From positions 1 to 64,000 of IMG/VR virus record IMGVR_UViG_3300042898_001439: a stretch of DNA of 64,000 nt; one strand, 5' to 3'. The notes beneath the pieces are model-generated. The model saw only the letters and a list, made by a program, of their open reading frames with translations, made no database searches and had not been told where the DNA came from. Positions within the stretch are counted from its first letter, which is position 1. Each line of letters starts with the position of its first letter. This document shows positions 26,359-36,900 of this stretch, piece by piece. The stretch comes from a virus. The position numbers and the translations under genes are program-made.

Positions 26359-28287
26359 TTAGTATTTAATAATTTTGTAAAACTTCTCTCTATCGTTAGT
26401 TGTCAGCTTTATGATGTAAATACCATTAGGAAGATCACCGAACCAAATACCTTGAGTTTGGAAACCTCTTTCAGTAATTTTACTAGAAACTGACTTAACA
26501 ATCTGACCTTGAGAGTTAAGAACCAGACCGCTAAAGTTTGTAAAGTCTTCAATGTAAAAGTCTACAACTAACCAGTGGTTGGTAAGATCAGTTACAGGAT
26601 TAGGATAAGTAATAAATCCAGTAAGAAGAGCAAGAGTCCGCTCATCCATTTCTGCTCTACCGTTAATTACAGAGCCGTCATTAGGGGAAGGACGGATAGA
26701 CATATCGTAAGCATTCTCATCACCTGCAGCTTTATTAAAGATTGCAAGAGGAGAAGTTCTCCATCCAAGAATAGACTTAACTGCAAATCTGAAAGTAAAT
26801 ACTTGAGATGGCCCTTGAAGAAGAGCAGGATTCATCTTATCTTCGTGACCAGCCCAGAATACACCACCATCTTTAAACGTCATAAATGATGTCCACTTTG
26901 AAGCAGAATCTCCCATATTCAGAGACACAAACTCAAACACCGCAGTATCATACTGGATCCCCATCTGCAGAGCTCCAACCTTATTACCAAACGTGTACAC
27001 TGTCACAGGTACATCAATGTAGTTATCAGTTGTTACAATAAGTTTAGGAATTCTAAACTCAATTGAGTCTGGCTTATTAGAGAGGTATACTGCCGGATCA
27101 AGAATGTAATCTGTACCAGATCCAGGGTTTACCATCTTAGCAAGAATAGTTGCAGGGTTGTTGTATCCTGAAGTTGTGGCATCACCTACTACATAGATGT
27201 ACGGTCTAAGACTATCCATACTATTAACAATAGTATCAATTGAATATACTCTAGGTACGTTTGTCCAGTTAGGAGCAGCTACGGCGGCATTTGCAGTTGC
27301 CCACTCAGAAGGCCAAAGAACTGAAACGTTGTTTACTCCCGTAAAGAGTTGATCCCAACCTGTCTGACCTAGAGCAAGTCTGTTAAATACAGCAAATGCA
27401 TCAGACACTGTTACAGACTGGCTCTCGTTAATATCACCCTCGTAGTACTCAATACCACCTAAAGTATCTTGAGAAGATACATGGTTAGCCAATTTGTAAG
27501 CATCTACAATAGTTAGAGCCCCGCCATCAGACATAGAGTCTGTTTGTGCAGAGATCTTCATATGCCAGTAGTTTGTATCAAGCGGATGAGTAAACTCTAC
27601 TAAACCTGTAGCATTAGTTGAGTCAGTAGTAATTGATTGCCAAGTAGCAAGAGGTGTTGATTTAAGTCTTTTCTTAGCAGAAAACCAAACACCTTGAGCA
27701 GGTGAACTATCAGCGTTTCTAACCTTTACAGGAAACGTCATCGGAGTCATTTGGAAAGCACCACCGTAGCTGTAGAGCTCAAGGTTTACATCAGTACCGT
27801 TACCAATTGTTGCCAGATTAGTGTAATTACTAGATCCTGAAATTGCCATAGAGGTAGCTACACCATTATATGCACCAGAATGAAAAAGACGAAGCTTAAA
27901 CATAGCTCCGTCTGCCCAGTCAAAGTTTGGCGTAGAACCAGTATATGACGCTACTACGTTAATGTATCCAGCATTTGTAAAATAAGAACCGTACTTATCG
28001 GCGATGGGTTGTGCTGTTGGTCCCCAAAACATGACAGCGTTTGAAAACTTAGCATTGTCATAGAAGAGTCGGAACTGTACAGCCTTTACAGAAGTAGCGG
28101 TAGGGTTGGCAAAGTGAACGTATACATCTGTGTACGTTGCCGGATAGTTGTCCAGTGTAAATAGAGTATCTACAAGGATATAAGGGTTGTTACTTGCGGG
28201 TGCTACAAGTATTTCATTAGCACCGTTTTGAGCAAGAAGACTTAAAGAAATAAGAGAAGTTGAAAGACTCCACCAGAACTTTTTCAT
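26359..28287 (-). CDS. secreted cohesin-dockerin-cohesin-like protein with T9SS C-terminal sorting domain
   Basis: Signal ...SLLA|Q; cohesin-like VKAVQFRLFYD and VGALQMGIQYD; dockerin-like GDINESQSVTVSDA; CTD YPNP...NSQGQIV...LPNGIYIIKL...KIIK. Confidence 0.75.
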   Translation of the reverse strand: MKKFWWSLSTSLISLSLLAQNGANEILVAPASNNPYILVDTLFTLDNYPATYTDVYVHFANPTATSVKAVQFRLFYDNAKFSNAVMFWGPTAQPIADKYGSYFTNAGYINVVASYTGSTPNFDWADGAMFKLRLFHSGAYNGVATSMAISGSSNYTNLATIGNGTDVNLELYSYGGAFQMTPMTFPVKVRNADSSPAQGVWFSAKKRLKSTPLATWQSITTDSTNATGLVEFTHPLDTNYWHMKISAQTDSMSDGGALTIVDAYKLANHVSSQDTLGGIEYYEGDINESQSVTVSDAFAVFNRLALGQTGWDQLFTGVNNVSVLWPSEWATANAAVAAPNWTNVPRVYSIDTIVNSMDSLRPYIYVVGDATTSGYNNPATILAKMVNPGSGTDYILDPAVYLSNKPDSIEFRIPKLIVTTDNYIDVPVTVYTFGNKVGALQMGIQYDTAVFEFVSLNMGDSASKWTSFMTFKDGGVFWAGHEDKMNPALLQGPSQVFTFRFAVKSILGWRTSPLAIFNKAAGDENAYDMSIRPSPNDGSVINGRAEMDERTLALLTGFITYPNPVTDLTNHWLVVDFYIEDFTNFSGLVLNSQGQIVKSVSSKITERGFQTQGIWFGDLPNGIYIIKLTTNDREKFYKIIKY

Positions 28288-28330
28288 GTGCAAATAGCAT
28301 TATAAGTTTCATAAAAGTTGTTGGTTTATC

Positions 28331-28350
28331 TCACATATAAGATACAAAAT
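28331..28350 (-). promoter_or_regulatory. putative late promoter for the exported-protein cluster
   Basis: Minus strand ATTTTGTATCTTATATGTGA. Confidence 0.55.
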
Positions 28351-28391
28351 GTTAGTCAAAGTCCTTATCTTTAACCACAAATTTTTCCATT

Positions 28392-28559
28392 ATGACACAG
28401 TTAAGTTTTCTTTTTTTACCTAAAAACCAATTATTGGTAGGCATCAACCACAGTGTTGAAGAAGGAGAAACAAGCGTAAACACATCGTTTCGTGTTCACA
28501 CTTTACAACTAGGGCTCTTTTTCTTTATTCTACAGCTAGTTAGAATTAAAGAGTCCTAA
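28392..28559 (+). CDS. small protein (55 aa) on the opposite strand (not in the track)
   Basis: MTQLSFLFLPKNQLLVGINHSVEEGETSVNTSFRVHTLQLGLFFFILQLVRIKES; preceded by CCTTATCTTTAA; stop abuts the stop at 28560. Confidence 0.6.
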   Translation: MTQLSFLFLPKNQLLVGINHSVEEGETSVNTSFRVHTLQLGLFFFILQLVRIKES

Positions 28560-31500
28560 TTATTTATTTCTAGCTTCAATGCTTATGAAGGTTTTTATAC
28601 CTTCACTAGGATCTACAGTTGTTCCTTTTATACCAACAAGTTTTGCAGTGTGATTCAAAACCTTGGCATCACCCTTTTGTTGGAATTCAAATGGTCCCAT
28701 ATCTCTACCATAGAAAGCTCTATCATCCTCACCAGCTAACTGCATTACGTCATTAATAATGCTTCCGTAAGCACCAAAGGTTGGAGCAATTACAATAGAA
28801 CTAGCATCTAATAGATTAGCATAATCAGTTAATCCAAAACTATACTGAGTTCCTTTATAGGCAACCGTAGGTAAAGGAATAAACTGTCTATTCTCAGCTT
28901 GAACAAGCATAGTTTGGTAAAGAGCATGGTTCATTAACCAGCCACCAAGATCAAATTCATATTCTGATTCTGCTACACCGGGTAGTTGGAGCGGTCCACT
29001 TCTTTTTCTAAGCTTTTCATATTTGTCCTCATCATCAAGGTCAAATCCAAAGGCAAACGTAGAGATAAGAGTAAGAGCCATCAATTGACCAATTTCAGCA
29101 ACAGTTTTAAGAGCTCCTCTTTTTTCTGATTCGGTAAAGTAAAAACCACCTTGACCAAGTCCACGCATTAGAGATACAAAGAAGTTTCCGAATTCTTTGT
29201 AGTAACCAGCGCTAACCTCAGCACCAGCTGCATTGAATCTTCTGTTACCAAATCTATGCATAAACATAGAAGTAAAATATCTTCTAAGGAATGATACAAA
29301 TCTAAATGCTAGATATCTCTGTGCTTCTGGTTGATCAAACTGGGCATAAGTACCTTGAAGCTTATTCATAAGATCGTGAGTCTTATTTACAAACAGCTTA
29401 AAGTTTTTACCACCTTTATCCCAGCTTTTATCTACTCCTTCTTTAAGAGTTAATTGTCCATCAACAATGTCCCAAGCGTCTACATAGTCAATCATTCTTG
29501 TTTCACCGTTCTGGGTAAATTCAATCTTTTGACCGTGCATCATAGAGAAGAAGAATTCCATTGAACCTTCAAGTTCCAAAACCTTTCTTGGAGAGAATAG
29601 TACTGAGCCTTCAGATAAATCTCTAAGCAAAGTTCTAGAACCAAGGTCTGCCATCTTCTGCTCAAATCTTCCTTGTACTGGATCAAACACTTCAACAAGT
29701 TGCACATTCAAACTCTTAGGGCCCTTTTTATAAATCTGAGAAGATATCTCACTAGTTACTTGCCAACCTTTAAGCTTTCCCTTAGTATAGTCTTTAGAAC
29801 TAAAATTACTACCACCAATTGCTTCAATGTTATTTTGAATGATTGCACCAAAGCGGTTCTTTAAAGCTGAAGGAATGTTACCTGCAAAGAATCTAAATGA
29901 AGCCAGACCAAATAAAGTACTAGATACTTTTTGTATAGTAGTGCTTTCTGAACCAAGACCGGTAAACTTAATACCTTCAAATTCTCTTTCAATAAGATTA
30001 TCAATAGCCTTAGCTCTTACAGATTCACCTTTCTTAGTAATTGGAGATATAATTCCCCTGTAGATATAAGCAGATCTGTTTACTTTACCCATGTCTTTAA
30101 CTCCATTTCTAGGATCTTTAAGAACCTTTTGAAGCGCTTTAACATGGGGGTTAATCTCAATCAATTTCTTTTGTCGCTCTACACTTGCCATGTACTTGAC
30201 CATAGAACCAACAACATCAAGAGATACTTGGTCTATATCAAGACGGTATTTACCTGCAACAGGGATACCGCTGATTTCATTGTCAAACATGTCTGCAGAT
30301 ACAAGATCAAAGTTTTCCTGGGTAAAGTTGTATCCATCTTCAGCATCGTCAGCAGCTCCTACAAACTGGGATTTGAGAGCTTTAGCTATAGAGGTAATGG
30401 CGCCTACTTTTTCTTTACCCTTCTCTGCAAGATTTGTAGTTCTGATAAACTCAAGGTTATGCTTTCTAAATCTTGGGATCTCTAAATACAGCTTAGCAGA
30501 CTTATTAGCACCCAACTGATTCTCTAAATGAACTTTACTAAGTGATTCTAAAGCTGCAAACTTTTCCGGACTGTTCTTTCTAAGAGCTTCGTAATCTTGA
30601 TTAATATACTTATCATCAATAGCTCCCTGCTGAACAGTCTTAGGTAGCCAGTAACCTCTGTTATCTACAGTCTCACCAACTACTTTCTTAGTTCTATACT
30701 GATCTTTAACTCTTGCATAGAAGAATTCTCTTTTGGGTATTCCCTGAACAACTTCTCCAGTGCTAAGCTCAGTAGTCTTAACAAATTCTTTTGCCGGAAC
30801 GTTTCTATTCCAAGCAAAGAGTCTTTGATATTTAGTTACTTCTTCTCCTGTACTGTAATCAAAGCGCTTAACTTGAACATGATTAGCTTCATACCAAGCT
30901 TTAAACTCTGGTGAAGCTTTTAGCAACGGATTAACAATAGTTGGTTGAAGGAGTAGATCAGCTGTTCTGTTGTTTACAGACTTAAACAGTACAGAGTTCA
31001 TCTCAGGATTGTTGAATCTAACCTGCTGGATCTTTTCATTTGCCAGTTCTACATAGTAATCTGTAGCAACTTTTGATTGCAGTTTACTAAGTTCAGAGTA
31101 AAGAGCGGACAATCTTCCTTTGTCACGCATTGTCATACGAGACATTTCCTTAGCTTGAAGAAGTACAGACATCTCGTCAATCTCTTCATCAGTAAGTTCT
31201 CTTTGTTCTTTCTGCTCAAGAAGTTCTTGAAGTCTATCAAACTCTGATACGGTAAGTCCGCTAACTTGAGCAAGCTTATCTCTAAGAAGAATGGCTTTTT
31301 CCTGAAGAGTTTTGATCTCCTCAATTCTAGCATCAGACATATCAGTCCCTACAATCTGACCATCCTCATCTTTAAAACCAGAGACAAGATCTACAATATC
31401 ATTATAGGTATCAGACACCTCTTTTGAGAGTTGACCTGACCCAGGATACTTGCTTAGAATCTGAGAAATCTCAGAGCTTGCTCTTTGCTTTCTTTCGTAA

Positions 31501-33929
31501 TACTCAGAATCAACAGCATATCTAGTGTTGTCTTCAATCCACTCTTTTCTCTTTTGCTCAAGTTCCGGACTACCGGGTTGCAAACCATTAGCAATCAATC
31601 CATCAAGATAGTCATTCAATCTTCCCTCAAAGACATCAATCATAGGAATCTGCTCATAGAACTTAGACGACTCCTCTCTGTATTGTCTGTGGAGATTTGC
31701 TTTCTCTAAGTCATTACCAGTCTTCTTGGTTCCATCAGGATATCTCAGTGAGAAAAGATTTGAGTACTGTGACCAAAGTTCTTTAACTCTGTCTTGGTGA
31801 TCTTGATCAACAGAAGTTTTAGATTGATCCAAAGCATCCATTTCATTCTGAACACTCTCTAGAATCTTCTCTCTTTCATATCTAGCTTCTGCACCTAGTT
31901 CACCAGCATCATCATAGATTTTATTCTTTTCGTAAAACTCATTGACATACTCTCTGTGCATGTAATTAGTTTCCCACTGCTGAAGTTCTTTCTTTTTATT
32001 ACGAGCTTCTTTGTTTTTACCTTCTTTGATAAGTTGCTCATACTCAAAGTTTAAGCGAATTCTATCTGCCTCATAGTTCTTAAACTGGTTTAGAAGTTTA
32101 ACAACTTGATACTCTTCAAGCTCTCCTTTGTCATTAACTCTTGTCTTATTGTCTATGAAAGTTAAAACCTTCATAAGCTCAGCAGGATTGCTAGCATCAT
32201 AACCAGCTTTGTCTAACTTAGACATAAGTTCGGTTGACATCTGATTTACCCTGCTTTGAACTTTTACTTGTACATCAATAAGATTATCCTTAAGATATTT
32301 AGCAAAGCCACCAACTATAATATCCGGGTTATTAATGTAGCTTTCAAGGAATGCAGAAAACGCATTAGTATCTCCAAGACTTCCTCTTAGAGTAGCTTTA
32401 ATCTTAGCTCTATCAAAACTAAACTTTTCCAAATCGGCTCTAAGCTTTTTAATCTTTCCAGCTGGAGCATTTGCTTTAATAGCTTTTTCTAGTTCAGCTT
32501 TTATGTTAGACTGAATGTTCTCTGATACAGTCTGAAGAGTATCCCAAAGCAAATCAGCACTTGCCTCAGTGTAAACGTTTACAATGTTTTTTTGAGATCT
32601 CTCAACAATACCCTTAATATTATCAATTAGATTAGCAATCTGTCCTGTGCTACTTAAACCACCTTCACTTAATACATCATTAGCGTGTTCAAGAAGCTTG
32701 TTCCAGTTACTGGTAAGATTATCTAAATAGTAAATCTTTTGAAAAGCTTCTTGAGTATCAAGTTGAGTAAGTTCGTTAATCTCAGTATCAATGAGTTTCA
32801 TCATCGCTTCAATCTTTCTCAAAGCAATAACAAACTGAGTAGCCCTTCTAGAAATAATCTCTGCATCAGCTGCAGCATCATCAATTACAGACTCTAAGCC
32901 AGATACTGTCTTCAGGGTATCTCTAACACCCTGAAGTAATCCTCTACCACTATCTTCGGCAAGTAGTTCTTTGATGAACTTCTGCTTTCCGCTTCTCTGT
33001 ATAGATCTAATCTGAGACGTTACTAGCTGAAAAGTATCCTCAACCGTTTGTACAAGTGCATCATTCTGCACTTTCTCAAGCTCTGCTTTAAGCTTTAGAT
33101 CATTAGCACGGAGATATGCAACATACTCTTCCTCACTAATAGAATCAGTATTGATCTCAAAGTTTTCACTCTTTAGCATCTCTGCCAAATCAGCAATCTT
33201 AGTATCAAGTGTGAGTCTCTCAACTTTTACCTTTCTACCAAACATGTTTCTAAACAGTTGCTTGATAGCATAGAGAACTTTCTGAATAAATCCGTTAGCC
33301 TGGAAGTCTTGTGCAGATACGTTCTTTTGTACAGCACGTACAATTGCCTCCTCAAACTTTAGATCTTGCTCTTCTTCACCATAGAGCTCTTCAACAATAG
33401 CATTAATCTGTGTATCAGCAATAGCTTCAGCTGCCAACCGGTCAAACAATGCTCTGTTTTCATTCTTAATAGCTCTAACTAATGGGTGAATAAACTCGTG
33501 GATTGCATCATCTGCACCAAATGCTCCGTCAAGCAAGTATACTTTACCACCAACAAAGAATGCTTTTTCACCTGACCAAGGATTCTTACTGTTCTTAGTC
33601 AGCTCAATTGCATCATCACCGCTAATAATCTGGTAATCAACTCCAAGCTTTTCTTGAAGGACATCCAAAATTCTAGCAGTAGTACCAGCAACAATAGCTT
33701 TACCACTAGTACCAATATTTAAATCAGGTATAGCTTGAACCGTTTCAAATTTTACAGTACCATCTGAAGACAAAAACTTTATAGTATCTCCTGGAACATA
33801 TGCACGACCTAATTCTTCTGTAGTAAGCAGGTCTCCTTTTTTAGCATAAGCACGGTAAGCTTCAAACTCACCAAGCTTATCTACCATATTAACCCACTCT
33901 TTGGAACTCTTGTTTGGACAAGCAATCAT
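28560..33929 (-). CDS. giant virion/ejected protein with N-terminal zincin-like domain
   Basis: 1789 aa; HEFIH...EEAIV; helical; hydrophobic C-terminal segments; adjacent to the virion RNAP as in crAss-like phages. Confidence 0.75.
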   Translation of the reverse strand: MIACPNKSSKEWVNMVDKLGEFEAYRAYAKKGDLLTTEELGRAYVPGDTIKFLSSDGTVKFETVQAIPDLNIGTSGKAIVAGTTARILDVLQEKLGVDYQIISGDDAIELTKNSKNPWSGEKAFFVGGKVYLLDGAFGADDAIHEFIHPLVRAIKNENRALFDRLAAEAIADTQINAIVEELYGEEEQDLKFEEAIVRAVQKNVSAQDFQANGFIQKVLYAIKQLFRNMFGRKVKVERLTLDTKIADLAEMLKSENFEINTDSISEEEYVAYLRANDLKLKAELEKVQNDALVQTVEDTFQLVTSQIRSIQRSGKQKFIKELLAEDSGRGLLQGVRDTLKTVSGLESVIDDAAADAEIISRRATQFVIALRKIEAMMKLIDTEINELTQLDTQEAFQKIYYLDNLTSNWNKLLEHANDVLSEGGLSSTGQIANLIDNIKGIVERSQKNIVNVYTEASADLLWDTLQTVSENIQSNIKAELEKAIKANAPAGKIKKLRADLEKFSFDRAKIKATLRGSLGDTNAFSAFLESYINNPDIIVGGFAKYLKDNLIDVQVKVQSRVNQMSTELMSKLDKAGYDASNPAELMKVLTFIDNKTRVNDKGELEEYQVVKLLNQFKNYEADRIRLNFEYEQLIKEGKNKEARNKKKELQQWETNYMHREYVNEFYEKNKIYDDAGELGAEARYEREKILESVQNEMDALDQSKTSVDQDHQDRVKELWSQYSNLFSLRYPDGTKKTGNDLEKANLHRQYREESSKFYEQIPMIDVFEGRLNDYLDGLIANGLQPGSPELEQKRKEWIEDNTRYAVDSEYYERKQRASSEISQILSKYPGSGQLSKEVSDTYNDIVDLVSGFKDEDGQIVGTDMSDARIEEIKTLQEKAILLRDKLAQVSGLTVSEFDRLQELLEQKEQRELTDEEIDEMSVLLQAKEMSRMTMRDKGRLSALYSELSKLQSKVATDYYVELANEKIQQVRFNNPEMNSVLFKSVNNRTADLLLQPTIVNPLLKASPEFKAWYEANHVQVKRFDYSTGEEVTKYQRLFAWNRNVPAKEFVKTTELSTGEVVQGIPKREFFYARVKDQYRTKKVVGETVDNRGYWLPKTVQQGAIDDKYINQDYEALRKNSPEKFAALESLSKVHLENQLGANKSAKLYLEIPRFRKHNLEFIRTTNLAEKGKEKVGAITSIAKALKSQFVGAADDAEDGYNFTQENFDLVSADMFDNEISGIPVAGKYRLDIDQVSLDVVGSMVKYMASVERQKKLIEINPHVKALQKVLKDPRNGVKDMGKVNRSAYIYRGIISPITKKGESVRAKAIDNLIEREFEGIKFTGLGSESTTIQKVSSTLFGLASFRFFAGNIPSALKNRFGAIIQNNIEAIGGSNFSSKDYTKGKLKGWQVTSEISSQIYKKGPKSLNVQLVEVFDPVQGRFEQKMADLGSRTLLRDLSEGSVLFSPRKVLELEGSMEFFFSMMHGQKIEFTQNGETRMIDYVDAWDIVDGQLTLKEGVDKSWDKGGKNFKLFVNKTHDLMNKLQGTYAQFDQPEAQRYLAFRFVSFLRRYFTSMFMHRFGNRRFNAAGAEVSAGYYKEFGNFFVSLMRGLGQGGFYFTESEKRGALKTVAEIGQLMALTLISTFAFGFDLDDEDKYEKLRKRSGPLQLPGVAESEYEFDLGGWLMNHALYQTMLVQAENRQFIPLPTVAYKGTQYSFGLTDYANLLDASSIVIAPTFGAYGSIINDVMQLAGEDDRAFYGRDMGPFEFQQKGDAKVLNHTAKLVGIKGTTVDPSEGIKTFISIEARNK

Positions 33930-36900
33930 GATTTACAATTCTTAATTAGGTCAAGTACGTCTTGATCAGTTACATCTTGTGTTGTTTGAACAGCCTCTCT
34001 ATATGTAGCACTAGGTGCATTGTTTGTTGGGAGTACACCAAAAGTATTAGTAAACTCCTCAATAAACACAGTGTAGTATTCGGGTTTACCCTCAAATACA
34101 TCTGAGTATAAAGAAGAGTCCATAACAGGTGTCAAACCCTCACTATTAAGATACTGCAATTTCTGGAAAGCTTCTCTAACACTTTCACGGAATTCCTCAA
34201 GGGATACCGCAGATGGTAATTTAAATGAAGCAGCATTTTTAACGTTTCTACCAGCAGCTTCTAAAGTCTTAGCTAGAGGAATAGCATATGCAAACTTGGG
34301 ATTCTTAACTGCAGTTTCTAATGGATTCTTAGCAGTATAGTTAGTAGCGCTGAGAAGTATGTTTGTGCCTTCAATGTAGTTTTGTTGAATAGCACTGTAC
34401 TCCGACAAATAGTTATTTACAGAACTTCTATAGACATATTCTTGAGCACCACTTTCATCAAACTTTACAAACTTTGTGGTTAATCCTTTTAAGTACTCAG
34501 ATATAGATTCACCTTTACTAGCAACAAATTGCTGCATTAAAGATGAGTAATTATTATCTGGTGCAATCTTACCAAGATTGTATTCACCAGAGGTAAATCC
34601 ATTCTGAAGGAATGCTATAGTTGTGAACTGAGAGAAGAAGTCAGATATTTTCTTATTTTCTTTAGCATCAGATACCTTTTGTATAGATGGATCAGCAAGA
34701 GCCACGAGATTATCATGATAAGAATCCAGAACTTCGGCCTCAGTAATTCTAGTAGATAGCTTGAGTCTGTCAATACCATTTGTTCTATTAAACACCAAAT
34801 CATCTAGTACTGGGTACTGACTGGTTAATTCAGGATGCTTTTCTACAATACTAGTAAAAGTGCTAGCATAGCTTCTTGCTTCATCTGAAGAAGAGAACAT
34901 GTACCAAAGATTGTTTGAGTTTCTTAGTGCAGCATCTCTAAGCTTAGCCTCATACTGCTCTTGAGTCTCGGTCTCCAACTTTGTTGTAATAGATCTTAAG
35001 TACTCTCTTTCAAGAGTAAAGTTGTAATACTGATCAAAGCTATTCTTACCATTAATGGTTTTGAAGTTAAAAGCAGAAGGATTAACTCTTGCTCTATCAA
35101 ACTTAGTAAGACTAGTATTTATATTCTGAAGATCTCTTCTAAGTTGTGCAGGGTCTACATAAAGAATACCATTCTTTATAGTAGCACCAGCCTCTAGAGA
35201 TACTTTCTGAATTGGTAATCCCTTATATTCTTTAGTAGAAAGGTCTGCTCCCAGTAGTGCTTCTTGGTAAACAGCGGTAAATATTTGAGACAAAGCATTT
35301 GAAATACCTGACTCTTTGTTTTCTGCAAAAGCAAATGTCTTAGTAATAAAATCTACTACTGCAGGGTTGTTTCTTATTGCAAAGAAATCCCAAGCTTCTT
35401 TTTGAGAATACGACGCTTTTGCAAAACTCTTTAAGATCTTATTACCGTAGTATTTAGAAGCAGTTTCTTCCGGAACAATATTATATCTACCACCAGCAAG
35501 TGCTTTCTGAACATTACCCTCTCTAAGATTTAGAGCAAAAGAATTGTTAAATGTGCTTGTATCAAAGTTTGAAGAAAGCTTTAGACCTGTAATATCATCA
35601 CTAACAGCCTCAAGTTGTAAGAAGTGAGCAAATGCTTCTAATTGTAATTGATCTGAAGCAGCACCAGTAGACAGTTCTGTAAGTTCACTTTCTGAAAATG
35701 ATTTATTATTTCTTTCTTTTTTCAAAAAGTTAAGAGCGCTATTCAAATAATCAAGCTTTCCGGAGCTAGCTTTTGCAGCCGCAGTAGCCCTTCTTCTTGT
35801 TTTAGTAGTTGCTGCTGTAAGATTAAAGGGAGAAGTTTGTAGTTTAAACTCTTCTACATATGACTTTACAAGAGGATTAGAAACAAAGTTTATAGCTTGT
35901 CTTAAAGGAACTCCAGCTCCAAGCATAAACAATAAAACCGGACCCGCAATATTATTACCCTGAACTTCAAAAATCCAAGCATCTTTTTCTACGTCTACCC
36001 AACCATTCATAAGCTGAGCAATGATATCACCAATACTTTCTTTTTGCATAGTTCTAAGTCTATCCATTACAATAGCACCATCTTCAGAATTATGCGGAAG
36101 TAAAATATTATTATCAAATTCAAACTTTTTCGCACCTAGCGAATATTGTATTTTTAAAGAAAGTTTAAATCCTGTTCTATTCATTACAGTATTATTGGTA
36201 TTATCTACTGCAGCAATACCTAATACCATTTTGCCCACCCCGTTACTTTCGTGTTTATTAAGATTGTAACCAACCTCAATAATTTTAAGAGGAGAATTGC
36301 TCCAGTTAAACTTCTTGTTGTAACCCTTTGCAGCAAACTCATCAGCAATAGGTTTAACCATGTCTGTTGCGTTAGGTCTGATAAGGTTTACAAAGTTTTC
36401 TGGAGATTCAAGAATCTCAACTACACTCTGAATAATATTATTCTCTACCCCCTCGATAGTTTCCTCTGACAGATCTAGTATTAGCTCTCCGTTCTTAACC
36501 TTGATATTAGGCATCATAACGGTAAGCTTGTCAATATCAAAGTCACCACCAGATTTAGTTGTAATCTCGTAGGGTAGTACAATACTGATACCACTCTCTT
36601 CGGGTAAGAACTCTGCAACCTGCATAAACTCCATAGAATTGTGACCCTGTACTGGAATACGTACAGCAATCATCTGAAGCATCTCTTTATAAAGAACGTT
36701 GAATGAGGTCTTTTTAATCATCTCATTCAATCTTTCAAGAGTACCGATCTCTTTACCGTCATTGTGGTTAAGCTTCAACAGCTCCTTAAATCTACCCTGC
36801 AAAGCAATCTTAACCTCCATAGGTTCTGTAATGTCACCAGCTTTACGGTAGAACTTAAGTTTAGACTCACCCTCAGTACCAATCTTTTCAAAACCAACAC

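Noticed and set aside
21375-28287. Calling the cluster a curli operon or a cellulosome
   Set aside because: No CsgA/B repeats and no glycoside hydrolase; only fold-level resemblance
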